Positions 1-9,695 of a DNA stretch of 64,000 nucleotides are shown here, one piece after another. The notes beneath the pieces are model-generated. The model was given only the letters and a program-made list of their open reading frames with translations. It ran no database searches and was not told the origin of the DNA. This stretch comes from an uncultured delta proteobacterium (GTDB lineage Bacteria > Desulfobacterota > Syntrophia > Syntrophales > UBA2192): assembly GCA_963802225.1 (NCBI GenBank), contig CAWDHZ010000014.1, positions 4,877-68,876 on the forward strand, in the 5' to 3' direction. A program made the position numbers and the translations under genes. Every line of letters starts with the position of its first letter. The stretch's first letter is position 1.

Positions 1-321
1 GGCAATGCGCCCGAAACTTGCCGCATCGACCCTCATGCCCAGGCTGTCGCCCGGCTCGGCCTCCTCGTCGAGTTCGCTCTTGGCTTGTTCCAGGGAGATC
101 TGTGTTTCGGGGTCGACCACCTTCTCGACAACCGTCTTGAACTGGAAGACCTCCAGTTCGCCCGCCTCTTCGTTGTACTTGGACTCGAGCTCCACCTTCG
201 CCCCCAGCTTTTTTCTCGCCGCGGTGAGGATGGCCGACTCCAGGGCCTCGATGATGACTTCCTTTTCGATTCCCTTGTCCTTGCCCATCTGCTCGATGAG
301 ACGTTTCAACTCCGGAAACAT
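1..321 (-). CDS. nusA: Transcription termination/antitermination factor NusA, N-terminal part (gene runs off the window start)
   Basis: Not in the ORF track because it is truncated by the window edge. Reverse-strand ATG at 321..319 is preceded by AGGAGG. Hand translation MFPELKRLIEQMGKDKGIEKEVIIEALESAILTAARKKLGAKVELESKYNEEAGELEVFQFK... looks like the NusA N-terminal domain. It sits directly downstream of rimP, as in the conserved rimP-nusA operon. Confidence 0.8.
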   Translation of the reverse strand, partial: MFPELKRLIEQMGKDKGIEKEVIIEALESAILTAARKKLGAKVELESKYNEEAGELEVFQFKTVVEKVVDPETQISLEQAKSELDEEAEPGDSLGMRVDAASFGRIA

Positions 322-353
322 GCTTGACCTCCTGGCTTTTCAAAACGGCACGG

Positions 354-429
354 GGCTAAAGGCTAAAGGCAAAAGGCATGAAGAGTCCTTCCCGTTCTAC
401 CTTTTGCCCTTGGCCTTTCGCCCTTCGCC
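354..429. repeat. Inverted pair of tandem heptamer arrays (GGCTAAA-type x3 at 354-376; CCYTTNG-type x4 at 400-429) around a 23-nt spacer
   Basis: Read directly: ggctaaaggctaaaggcaaaagg ... ccttttgcccttggcctttcgcccttcgcc. The arms are 20/23 complementary. The right arm encodes the last codons and the TAG (397-399) of rimP. Confidence 0.7.
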
Positions 430-897
430 GGTTAGTTCATATTCCAGATTCGCCTTCTGGATGTTGTCCCGGTCGATGCGGACGATCCTGCCGTCCACGT
501 CGACGGTGACGATCCTGCGGCCGTCCTCCATCAAATAGTCGACGAAGGTGCCCAGGAAATTCCTCGACCCGTCGATGGGCTCCCGCGTCCGGATCCGGAT
601 CCTGCCACCGCGGTACTTCTCGAAATCCTTGTCCCGGGTGAGGGGCCGGTCGAGCCCCGGGGACGACACTTCCAGGGTATAGGGACCCGGGGGCAGATCG
701 TGCACGTTGAGCAGATCGCCCACCTGGTGGCTGATGGCCGTGCAGTCCGCGAGGGTCGCACCGCCCTCGCGGTCGATGAAGATCCGAATGAGCCACCGGG
801 TCTGCATCCTGAGGCACTCGAGTTCCACGAGCTCCAGGCCTTCGGACTCGATCACCGGTTCGATCAGTCCGATGATCTCCTCGCGGTACGTGGCCAT
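397..897 (-). CDS. rimP: Ribosome maturation factor RimP
   Basis: ORF 397..1023(-) trimmed to the ATG at 897. MATYREEIIGLIEPVIESEGLELVELEC...EVSSPGLDRPL is the RimP/YhbC signature. It lies upstream of nusA. Confidence 0.85.
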   Translation of the reverse strand: MATYREEIIGLIEPVIESEGLELVELECLRMQTRWLIRIFIDREGGATLADCTAISHQVGDLLNVHDLPPGPYTLEVSSPGLDRPLTRDKDFEKYRGGRIRIRTREPIDGSRNFLGTFVDYLMEDGRRIVTVDVDGRIVRIDRDNIQKANLEYELTGEGRKAKGKR

Positions 898-934
898 CTT
901 CAGGCTCCCTGCCCTCGCCGCGCAAGCGGCGCCT

Positions 935-963
935 AAAATAAAAAAGTGGGCAAAAAGGCCCAC
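935..963 (-). terminator. Intrinsic terminator candidate after the tartrate-dehydrogenase-type gene
   Basis: Minus-strand hairpin GTGGGC-CTTTTT-GCCCAC (946..963) followed by a T-run (an A-run at 935..945 on the + strand). Confidence 0.5.
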
Positions 964-1047
964 TCGAATAGAAACCATTCGAATTTCAGGTGCTTTTCTA
1001 GCACAGAAAAAGCGCTCTTGCAAGCAAAAAACGTGGGACAGTCCCGG

Positions 1048-2103
<1,056 letters not shown>

Positions 2104-2324
2104 GGTCATCCTCCTCGCGTCATGTGTGCGCAACATAACCGATCGGGACCCTCCGGCACCCTGGAATGAATCTGCGCGGACACGGCAACTTTTTCAAGAA
2201 GGTATCGCAACTCATGCGAAATGGCAACCCGCAGATGATCGTGCACAAACGGAAGGCCCGGCGCAGGGCCAGGCCTTCTCGCTAGGGACAGGGAGCAATA
2301 CAGGCTCGGCGGGGAAGAGATCCT

Positions 2325-3194
2325 TTACCGGTCCGCCGGCGGGGTGTGCGCGGCGATGGCCCTGCGCAGCCCGTGGCCCAGGGCGTCGATCAGCGGCTCC
2401 TGCAGGATGCCGTTGTACTCGTCCATGTAGACCTTGGCGATCTCCGTGGGGAGAACCAGGATATGGGGATCCCAGCCCGTCAGGCGACGGCAGAGCTCCC
2501 CCGCGCCCGAAAAAACCCTGTTTTCCTCCACGGTGGTGCATATCCCCGGGATATCAATACAACTCAACTGATGCAGCCATGCATCGCTGAGGCTTCCCCA
2601 GCGCAATCGATCAAGCAGCGCCGTTCCGAGATTGAACAGAGGAGGATTCTTGATCCCTTTCTCGACCTGGCGTGAAATATTGTACGAGTGGATATCGTAG
2701 ACGACGCAGAAACCGAAACGCTCCAGCAGAACGCGGATGCAGCTGCCGGCAAATCGGTAAAACGCCTCGTACTTCTCCAGGGACCGGCGCACCATGGCCT
2801 CCGTCGGGGGGGCGCGGTAGACCTGCACGCCCCAGAACTGCTCCGCTGTGAGCGGAACAGCCTGCTCAGCGGGACGATTCAGATCGTACTCGGCCCTTGA
2901 ATCCAGGCCCCAGATGGCGTTGGCATTCCCCCGGATCATCCGGTCGGTTGCCGGGTCCTCTTCGAACAGGCGGACTTTTTCCGGGATCTGCATCAAGGGA
3001 AGGAGTTCCTCGCGGACGCTGTGCCCGGCATGGATGGCCACAACGAGCGCAGGCGTCGACAGATCCAGATCGAAGGCGAACCCGCCGGTCGCACTTCTCC
3101 CCTGGAGCCGCTTCGCGCTCCGGAGCTGTTCAATCACCTCGGGTTCGACAGGGATCCTCATAATAACGATCGTCCGGACTGCTGCACCCGTCAA
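2325..3194 (-). CDS. N-formylglutamate amidohydrolase (FGase)-fold zinc amidase
   Basis: VVAIHAGH...EEDPATD...DIHSY spacing resembles the FGase/HutG-family metal ligands. TTG at 3194 overlaps the upstream TGA (TTGA). An alternative ATG lies at 3161 (MRIPVEPEV). Confidence 0.6.
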   Translation of the reverse strand: MTGAAVRTIVIMRIPVEPEVIEQLRSAKRLQGRSATGGFAFDLDLSTPALVVAIHAGHSVREELLPLMQIPEKVRLFEEDPATDRMIRGNANAIWGLDSRAEYDLNRPAEQAVPLTAEQFWGVQVYRAPPTEAMVRRSLEKYEAFYRFAGSCIRVLLERFGFCVVYDIHSYNISRQVEKGIKNPPLFNLGTALLDRLRWGSLSDAWLHQLSCIDIPGICTTVEENRVFSGAGELCRRLTGWDPHILVLPTEIAKVYMDEYNGILQEPLIDALGHGLRRAIAAHTPPADR

Positions 3195-4192
3195 CTCCGG
3201 GTGCGTTCGTGGATCCCGTACCGCTCGAGTGCGGAATGCACGATCAGGTGGAGCATGTCCCGGTATTCTTCCATGGGCCCGCCCGCGGAGGGATGATAGA
3301 GCGAATAGATCTGGGGGCTCCAGCTCTTCACGGGCTTGAGTCCCGGGATCCCGTTGATCTCCATGACCCGCAAGCTGCCCCGGCCATCGACGCGCATGTC
3401 AACGCGGACATGGTCCCAGCACTGCAGGGCGTCGGTGGCCTTTCTGGTCAGCTCTTTGGCCTCCTCCGCCCTTTCCGTCGGGATGCTGATCCTGGTCAGC
3501 CCCACGCCCCGCAGATCGCTGCGCAGGATCTGATGCCTGCCGAAATGGTTCTTGTCGACGGTGACAAGCCCGGGCAGGATTTCCTGAAGCCTCCCGTTGC
3601 CCAGCATCAGGACCGTGTATTCCTCGCCGGGCAGGAACTCCTCGATGAGCGCGGCCTGCTCGAGCTTCTCATGCACATATTTGACGCGCAGCTCCATCTC
3701 TCGCAGGTTGTGGACCACGCTCTCGTCGCTGATGCCGACGGAGCGCGATTCGCAGTTGGGCTTGACGAAGGCCGGGTACGGGACATCGGGCAGCGCATCG
3801 CCTGCGGCCACCAGAGTGAAGGCCGGCACCAGCACCCCGTTTTCATGCATGATCCGGTGCGTCTCGTATTTCTGGATGAGCTGCTTCATCGTCAGGGCGT
3901 TGGGGCCGATGTACGGGATGTCCCTCTCGTCCAGGATGTCGGCGACCCATTCATTGTCGTCGCCCAGGCCGATGATGTCCTCGCGGTGCGAAAAATAGTA
4001 CAGGGCACTCCAGACGATATCGTAGCTGCGGCTCGAGATGGCCTTCATGAAGTCGTCCGCGGTGACGCAATAGGCAATCTCGGCCGTCAGATCCCCGCCA
4101 TTGAGGGTCTCGCACATCGTCTCGGTCACCTTCATGTCGCCCCACCCCTGGGCATCGCCGCCGGGGCCCGTTACGATCAACACCTTTCTCAT
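3191..4192 (-). CDS. ATP-grasp ligase (D-alanine--D-alanine-ligase-like)
   Basis: ORF 3191..4321(-) trimmed to ATG 4192, with GAGGAG upstream. PAFVKPNCESRSVGIS...IEEFLPGEEYTV...VRVDMRVDGRGSLRVMEINGIPGL is a typical ATP-grasp core. Confidence 0.7.
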   Translation of the reverse strand: MRKVLIVTGPGGDAQGWGDMKVTETMCETLNGGDLTAEIAYCVTADDFMKAISSRSYDIVWSALYYFSHREDIIGLGDDNEWVADILDERDIPYIGPNALTMKQLIQKYETHRIMHENGVLVPAFTLVAAGDALPDVPYPAFVKPNCESRSVGISDESVVHNLREMELRVKYVHEKLEQAALIEEFLPGEEYTVLMLGNGRLQEILPGLVTVDKNHFGRHQILRSDLRGVGLTRISIPTERAEEAKELTRKATDALQCWDHVRVDMRVDGRGSLRVMEINGIPGLKPVKSWSPQIYSLYHPSAGGPMEEYRDMLHLIVHSALERYGIHERTRS

Positions 4193-4209
4193 CCAGGACT
4201 CTCCTCGTA

Positions 4210-5118
4210 TCAAAAAGTAAACAAATCCGGATCGTGCCGGTACTGTCTCAACGCGCCGGCCGTAAGGGGCGATGCCGTTTCCAGAAGCCGGGCGATCGCC
4301 TCGATCTTCTCGTCGCTCCATACGATGCGCGAGACGACCTTCAAATCGATCCGGGCGTCCTTCTGTCCCAGGAGAGCGAAATCGGCAAGCATCGCATCAC
4401 TCATTGCCTTGTTGGGGTTGAGAATCGTGATCGGGCCCTCGAAGACGGACCGCAGGGCGGCCTCGAAGACGCGTTGACTGTACCCGTAATGCGTGCAGCA
4501 CAGGGCGGCCGCAACGGGCCCGCGCCTGTCCGGGACACGTTCGGCGGCCTGGCGGATGCAGCTCTCGATCATCGTCCGGACGGTTGCACCTTCCGGTGCC
4601 TTCTCGATCTCGCCCGCCAGTCGATCGCAGGGCTGGCAGATGATGCGTTCCGCGGCAATGCCCCGCCCGACAAGGCGCGTTCGATGGGTATCGGCTTCGA
4701 TGGTGGTGGGTGTGCCGAGAATGATGACGAGGCTGTCCGCCCGGGCGCTTAAATACGCGTGTATCAGGTCGACGCCGGAATCGATGATGCCGACCACCGG
4801 CACGGGGGCCTGCTTGCTGAACGGCGTGTGGGCATAGAGCGCCGACAGGGTATTGCAGGCGATCAGGATCAGATCGGGCTGAAAGCGAAGCATGGCGGCA
4901 AGCGCCCGGTCGAAGACGCGGATCCGCTCGGCCATGCCGGGCAGAAGATTATAGCCGCGGTCCTGCTCCGGCCAGGCGTTGAAGTAGGTCACCGCCACGG
5001 ACCGATAGCTTCGGCGTCTCTGCAGGCCTTTGACGATATCGGCGCAGATGGAGAGGCCGCCCATGCCCGAGTCGGCGATGACAATCGAGAGGGTATCTTT
5101 TGCTGCGGCTGCGTTCAT
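4210..5118 (-). CDS. Asp/Glu racemase family protein (glutamate-racemase-like)
   Basis: IVIADSGMGGLS...LILIACNTLSA...CCTHYG carries the two catalytic Cys motifs of MurI-type racemases. Its ATG lies 1 nt after the capA-like stop. Confidence 0.7.
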   Translation of the reverse strand: MNAAAAKDTLSIVIADSGMGGLSICADIVKGLQRRRSYRSVAVTYFNAWPEQDRGYNLLPGMAERIRVFDRALAAMLRFQPDLILIACNTLSALYAHTPFSKQAPVPVVGIIDSGVDLIHAYLSARADSLVIILGTPTTIEADTHRTRLVGRGIAAERIICQPCDRLAGEIEKAPEGATVRTMIESCIRQAAERVPDRRGPVAAALCCTHYGYSQRVFEAALRSVFEGPITILNPNKAMSDAMLADFALLGQKDARIDLKVVSRIVWSDEKIEAIARLLETASPLTAGALRQYRHDPDLFTF

Positions 5119-5119
5119 C

Positions 5120-6367
5120 TCACCGCACTCCCCCCGCTGGCCGCTTTCGCGTCAGCCATTCGGCGGCCAGGTCGAGGGCCCATTGCGGCGAGGCATCGAT
5201 GGTCCCGTCCATGATCCGGGTCATGGCATCGATCCAGTGCTCGCGGTGCTGCATGGTCGCGATGCGATTGCGCAGCATGGCGGCGCCCTTGGCCGGTTCC
5301 TGATCCATCTTCGCCAGGATCATCGCGATCTCGTCGCGAAAACCCTTGAGACCATAGTAACGCAGAAACCCGTGCCAGGCCTCAGTGATTCCGTCCGGTT
5401 GAGCCAGCGGCAGAGAGACCTTCTTCAGGGACTCGAAGAACTCGGCCGACTCGTCCCCCCGGAGCAGGCGGAGGGATTCGGTGCCGATTTCATAAGGAAT
5501 GAGTTCGATGTGCGAAAGGCCCGCCCGCGAGACGCCGGCCTTCACCAGGTATCCCAGCTTGCGGTAGTAGAGGTCGGTCTGCTGGTAAAAGACGAAGTTT
5601 CCCAGGCTGTAGCAGATGGGCACTCCGTTGCAGATCTCGACGCCCTGCGGAACATGGGGGTGATGGCCGATGACGAGATCGGCCCCGGCCTCGGCGATAC
5701 GCTGGAAGGCCGATGCCAGGTACGGCGGCGGAAAGGGGATATATTCGACCCCGCCGTGGCAGATCACAAGGATGACGTCAACCCCCGGCCTGATCGCACG
5801 GACGCTGTCCACAACCTCATCGACTTCCCATCCGAAGACGCCGGGTCCGGAGACGGCGGTAGTCAGATCCTCGCCTTCGCTGAAATTGACGATGCCGATG
5901 CGGACCCCGTTGAGATCGAGGATCAGGGGCCGGCGGGCCTCTTCGGCGGACATGCCCGCCCCGACGGAACGGATGGAGTTCTCGCTCAGCAGCTCCAGGG
6001 TCTGGCGGAAAGCCTCCGGACCATGGTCGAAGACATGATTGTTTCCCAGCGTGACGACCTCGAAGGGGACTGCCGTCAGCCCGCGGATGTGCTCGGGACG
6101 ACCTTTGAAGACCGAGCCGCTCTTCCATACCGGGGATGCGTCTGTCGACAGCGCGCATTCCAGATTGACAATGCGCAGATCGCCCTGGCGCAGGAGCGGC
6201 AACACGTCGCCGTAGACCGCCTCGGGAGAACGGGCAACGATCTCGTCGAAGGCCCGTATGGGCGCCCAGTCGGAGGCGATTACGATTTCGGCCCGGGCCC
6301 GGGGAGCCGCTGCGCTGGTCCATCGGCCCCTGCTCCAGTCAAACCCTTCCAGTCCGGTTTTTTTCAT
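5120..6367 (-). CDS. CapA-family protein (poly-gamma-glutamate capsule synthesis family, metallophosphatase fold)
   Basis: GDLRIVNLECALS...VVTLGNNHVFDHG...VICHGGVEY...LVIGHHPHVPQG...YSLGNFVF. ORF 5120..6427(-); I prefer the ATG at 6367 (MKKTGLEG). Confidence 0.75.
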   Translation of the reverse strand: MKKTGLEGFDWSRGRWTSAAAPRARAEIVIASDWAPIRAFDEIVARSPEAVYGDVLPLLRQGDLRIVNLECALSTDASPVWKSGSVFKGRPEHIRGLTAVPFEVVTLGNNHVFDHGPEAFRQTLELLSENSIRSVGAGMSAEEARRPLILDLNGVRIGIVNFSEGEDLTTAVSGPGVFGWEVDEVVDSVRAIRPGVDVILVICHGGVEYIPFPPPYLASAFQRIAEAGADLVIGHHPHVPQGVEICNGVPICYSLGNFVFYQQTDLYYRKLGYLVKAGVSRAGLSHIELIPYEIGTESLRLLRGDESAEFFESLKKVSLPLAQPDGITEAWHGFLRYYGLKGFRDEIAMILAKMDQEPAKGAAMLRNRIATMQHREHWIDAMTRIMDGTIDASPQWALDLAAEWLTRKRPAGGVR

Positions 6368-6564
6368 CCTCGTGCTCTCGGATCTGAACTCTGTTTCTCG
6401 CCCCGCACTCCCGGGAACCCCCTTCATCGAAGCCGGATGAATGCTGAAAAGACACCGCTTTTTGACGTGCGGAGTATAGGATGCACATTCGGGCGTGTCA
6501 ACGGGACAATTGCCGCGAGCAGCCGCCTCATCTGGCCGTGTCTTGGGGGTCGAGTGTTGATTCT

Positions 6565-7497
6565 TTACCGTTTCATATCATTGAGCAGGTTTGAAGGCGA
6601 ATACTGATCGGAAAGAATTTTTGCATTCACATCCCAGTCTCGGTCAGTCGAAAACAAAGGCAACAGGAAATCCGCTTCAACATGGAACGGTCGAAGAGCA
6701 GCTTCGAGCATCGCGGCGTTCCTTCTAATCGCTTCTTTCAGGGGCAATGCTCCCCTTTTAATGAGAATGACCCTGTTTTGATACTTTAGATTGAGGAATG
6801 TTCCGAAGACGGATTCATACGTCGCGGATTCGTGATCATAAAGCCGGCTCGTCGAAAATGTATTTGCTACCAAAACGCCTTCCGGATTCATAATCTGCTT
6901 TACTTCGTCTAGAAATTCCCTCGTCAACAGATGTTCGGGTATGTATTGATGATCAAAGGCATCCAGCATGATCAGATCGTATATCACTCCCTTCTTTATG
7001 GCGCGCTTCACAAACACGCGCCCGTCTTCCTCAATGACCTTCATCCTGGAGTTCGTCTGAAAATTAAAGTGTTTTTTTGCCACACGCACGACGGCGGGGT
7101 CTATTTCCACCGAATCAATTTCCGAATTGGGCAGAATCTTCGAAAGGGCAGACGGCAATGTGCCCCCGCCCAGGCCGATAATCAGTATCTTGTCCGGCGC
7201 GGGCAGAAGGTACAGCGCGGCCATCATCATCTTCGTATACGGAATGACCATGCTGTCGGGATCCTGAAGCGAGATGCAGGTCTGCCTGTTGATTGACTTG
7301 CTGTTTTTTGAGAACCGCATGCAGCGCTCACCGTCTTTTTCATAGACCGTGATGTTCCTGTACAAAGAACGTTCTGTATGAAGAACCGTGTCGTTCCTGG
7401 TAAAAAGAGGGTAAAGGGCATCCATTCCCAATGTAAGCAAGGGCGCCAAAATCCCCAGGGCTAACAGGAGCAGCACGATTTTATTGGTTCTCGGCAT
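6565..7497 (-). CDS. Spermidine-synthase-like methyltransferase-fold protein (C-terminal module of a fused membrane/SpeE-type protein)
   Basis: ILIIGLGGGTLPS...IDSVEIDPAVV...DLIMLDAFD is an aminopropyltransferase/SAM-MTase motif set, preceded by an N-terminal TM helix. ATG at 7497 (TTG 7524 in the track). AT-rich codon usage. Confidence 0.7.
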   Translation of the reverse strand: MPRTNKIVLLLLALGILAPLLTLGMDALYPLFTRNDTVLHTERSLYRNITVYEKDGERCMRFSKNSKSINRQTCISLQDPDSMVIPYTKMMMAALYLLPAPDKILIIGLGGGTLPSALSKILPNSEIDSVEIDPAVVRVAKKHFNFQTNSRMKVIEEDGRVFVKRAIKKGVIYDLIMLDAFDHQYIPEHLLTREFLDEVKQIMNPEGVLVANTFSTSRLYDHESATYESVFGTFLNLKYQNRVILIKRGALPLKEAIRRNAAMLEAALRPFHVEADFLLPLFSTDRDWDVNAKILSDQYSPSNLLNDMKR

Positions 7498-8083
7498 TTC
7501 TCCCCCCGGCGATAAACGCGACAAAACTCATCAGCATGGATATGCCTATCATGATCCAGACGATCAGGTTTACTTCCAGATAGAGAACCAGATAAAACGA
7601 CGTCAGAAGGGTCCCTGCTGCACTGCCGAACGTCGACACGAAGTAAAGAATTCCGGCACAGTTGCCGCTTTGATCGAGGTCTTTCACGAGCAGGCGGACA
7701 GCATAGGGAGAAACCATCCCCGATATCAGTGTGGGAACAAAGAAAAAGATTGTCGCAGACAGGAGTGAACCGTATCTGGGGTCTTGAATGACGGAGAATA
7801 TATTTTCAAAAGCGGTCTCTCCGATTAATGCAACCGGCGACGTCGACAAAGCCGCGCTGATCAAAATTACCGAAAGTTTTCTCAGGGAAGGTTGCTGAAC
7901 CGAAAGCCGGCCGCCAATAAGATAGCCGATCGATAAAGCCAGCATGAATACGGTGATAATGCCGCCCCAGACGTAAATGCTGTTACCGAAATGGGGCGCG
8001 AGAATTCGCCCGCTGAGCAACTCGACTGCCATGACAAAGAAACCGGACCAACCGGCTATGATAAAAACCAGATATCTGCTCAT
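7481..8083 (-). CDS. Polytopic membrane protein (N-terminal module of a fused membrane/spermidine-synthase-type protein)
   Basis: ORF 7481..8215(-) trimmed to ATG 8083. MSRYLVFIIAGWSGFFVMAVELLSGRILAPHFGNSIYVWGGIIT... has about 6 hydrophobic helices. It overlaps the next ORF by 17 nt across a C6/G6 run (7502-7507). Confidence 0.6.
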   Translation of the reverse strand: MSRYLVFIIAGWSGFFVMAVELLSGRILAPHFGNSIYVWGGIITVFMLALSIGYLIGGRLSVQQPSLRKLSVILISAALSTSPVALIGETAFENIFSVIQDPRYGSLLSATIFFFVPTLISGMVSPYAVRLLVKDLDQSGNCAGILYFVSTFGSAAGTLLTSFYLVLYLEVNLIVWIMIGISMLMSFVAFIAGGRNAENQ

Positions 8084-8348
8084 AAAGGCCCCTTTAGTCT
8101 GGAGCGTATTCCGGCATGTGATACTTGACTCGCACGGCTTCTGTATCATCGCAAGCTCGATTCGTGAATATGTCGTGATCCGGACAAAAGCGCATTGACC
8201 GTGACTTCTTCTCAAGCTGCTACATATACACTGGTCAGTTGCCTATGGAAATGCAATATATCCAAGAGCTCGAACTGCACAGGCATGGTTTGAAAGATTT
8301 TTCACCGGATTTTTTCAGCAGGGGCTTGTTTCAGATACGCACTTGAAA

Positions 8349-8384
8349 TGATGGATAAAAATGGAGCGGGCGATGGGATTCGAA
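8349..8384 (-). repeat. Direct repeat A: 13-nt flank plus 23 nt identical to the 3' end (T-loop to CCA) of the tRNA-Gly at 35835-35909
   Basis: tgatggataaaaa-tggagcgggcgatgggattcgaa. The last 23 nt are identical to 35835-35857. No cloverleaf can be completed. Confidence 0.65.
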
Positions 8385-8635
8385 AACAACCCCAAGCCCG
8401 CGTGGTGCTGGGTTCAGGGCTACTGCCGGATTTTTTCCGGATTTCGAATTTAACTACGCCTTTCTTCTTTCTCCCCGAATCGGACGCCCGGCTCAACACC
8501 CTGAGACATTTATTCATTCTGAATAGAGGGAAGGAAGTTTAAAAAAGTGTCCATTCATGAAATATTACTACTCAAAATACAACATATATGAACTTTCTGT
8601 TGATTATGGTTTAAATATGTGTCTAATAGAGAAGC

Positions 8636-9412
8636 ATGACTACTGATAACAGAACAAAAATAAACAAATTAATAAGCCAATGGCCTCGGGGCACGGTGGC
8701 CTCAACGGCTTACTTGAAAGAACTAGGATTATCTCAGGAGCTCCTTGCCTGGTACAAACGGAGCGGCTGGCTAGAATCCTACGGCCGCGGCGCTTATCTC
8801 CTTGCCGGGGACAAGGTCGAGTGGACCGGCGCCCTGTACGCCCTCCAAAAACATTTGAAGATGTCTGTCCATACAGGCGGCAAGACGGCCCTGGAGCTGA
8901 AGGGCTACGGTCATTTTGTTCCGATGAGGCAAAAGATTTTTCTCTATGGCGAAAGGGGCCTGACGCTGCCCGCCTGGTTTAAAAAGTCCATGCAGCACAG
9001 GGATTTCGTATACGTGATGACCAACCTGTTTCCCCTTGGGTATGAAGACGGTCTGACCGAGTTCAAATCGGGCGAGTTTGCCGTAATCGTTTCGGCGCCG
9101 GAAAGGGCCGCCATGGAAATGCTTCACCTGGTCCCGAAAGTCGTTGGGTTTGAGCAAGCGTCGCTGATCATGGAGAATCTGGCGGGTTTGCGCCCCGAGC
9201 TTGTTCAGAAGCTTTTGGAGACCTGCCGGTTCGTCAAAGTAAAGCGGCTCTTTCTCTACTTTGCGGAGAAATATTCTCATCCATGGTTTTCCCGACTGGA
9301 TTTGTCAAGACTAGACTTGGGAAAGGGAAAGAGGCTGATCGTGCCGCATGGAATGCTGGACAAAAAATATCAGATCACCGTTCCCAGACAGGAAAGAGAA
9401 TCGACGGAGTGA
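8636..9412 (+). CDS. AbiEi-family antitoxin-like transcriptional regulator (type IV TA system)
   Basis: 258 aa. N-terminal wHTH-like ...YLKELGLSQELLAWYKRSGWLESYGRGAYLL... and C-terminal ...VKVKRLFLYFAEKY... resemble AbiEi_3-type antitoxins. Its stop overlaps the GTG of an AbiEii-like start (GTGA). Confidence 0.65.
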   Translation: MTTDNRTKINKLISQWPRGTVASTAYLKELGLSQELLAWYKRSGWLESYGRGAYLLAGDKVEWTGALYALQKHLKMSVHTGGKTALELKGYGHFVPMRQKIFLYGERGLTLPAWFKKSMQHRDFVYVMTNLFPLGYEDGLTEFKSGEFAVIVSAPERAAMEMLHLVPKVVGFEQASLIMENLAGLRPELVQKLLETCRFVKVKRLFLYFAEKYSHPWFSRLDLSRLDLGKGKRLIVPHGMLDKKYQITVPRQERESTE

Positions 9413-9537
9413 AGGACTCGATCTTCTATAAGCAGGCGGAACTCGTCTTGCGGATCCTGCCGGACATTCTGGTCGAGGAGATCTTCGCACTGAAAGGAGG
9501 AACGGCAATCAATTTCTTTTTCAGGGACCTGCCCCGC
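9409..9537 (+). pseudogene. 5' fragment (about 43 codons) of an AbiEii/AbiGii nucleotidyltransferase toxin gene
   Basis: VKDSIFYKQAELVLRILPDILVEEIFALKGGTAINFFFRDLPR matches the conserved AbiEii N-terminus (..ALKGGTA.N.F.RD.PR then LSVDIDL). After 9537 the frame continues as unrelated GC-rich sequence to 9699. Confidence 0.55.
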
Positions 9538-9695
9538 CACGACCCCATCGATCCCGACGTGATGAAGCGCCACCCGCCTGAGTGCATGACGAAGCGCAAC
9601 TTCCTCCGCACGATGCGCCTGCTTCTCGCCGCGGGCGCCATCCCGCTTTTGATTCCGGAGAGGGTGAAGGGGGTGCGGCACGCCCGGCAGAAAGG

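Noticed and set aside
5-538. 177-aa plus-strand ORF at the window start
   Set aside because: The translation is Ser/Leu/Pro-rich and low in complexity, and it is antisense to clearly recognisable nusA (1-321) and rimP (397-897) on the minus strand.
8302-8542. Small ORFs 8302..8517(-) and 8348..8542(+) overlapping repeat A
   Set aside because: They mutually overlap in an AT-rich spacer, with no RBS and no motif. They are more simply explained as non-coding att-like flank.
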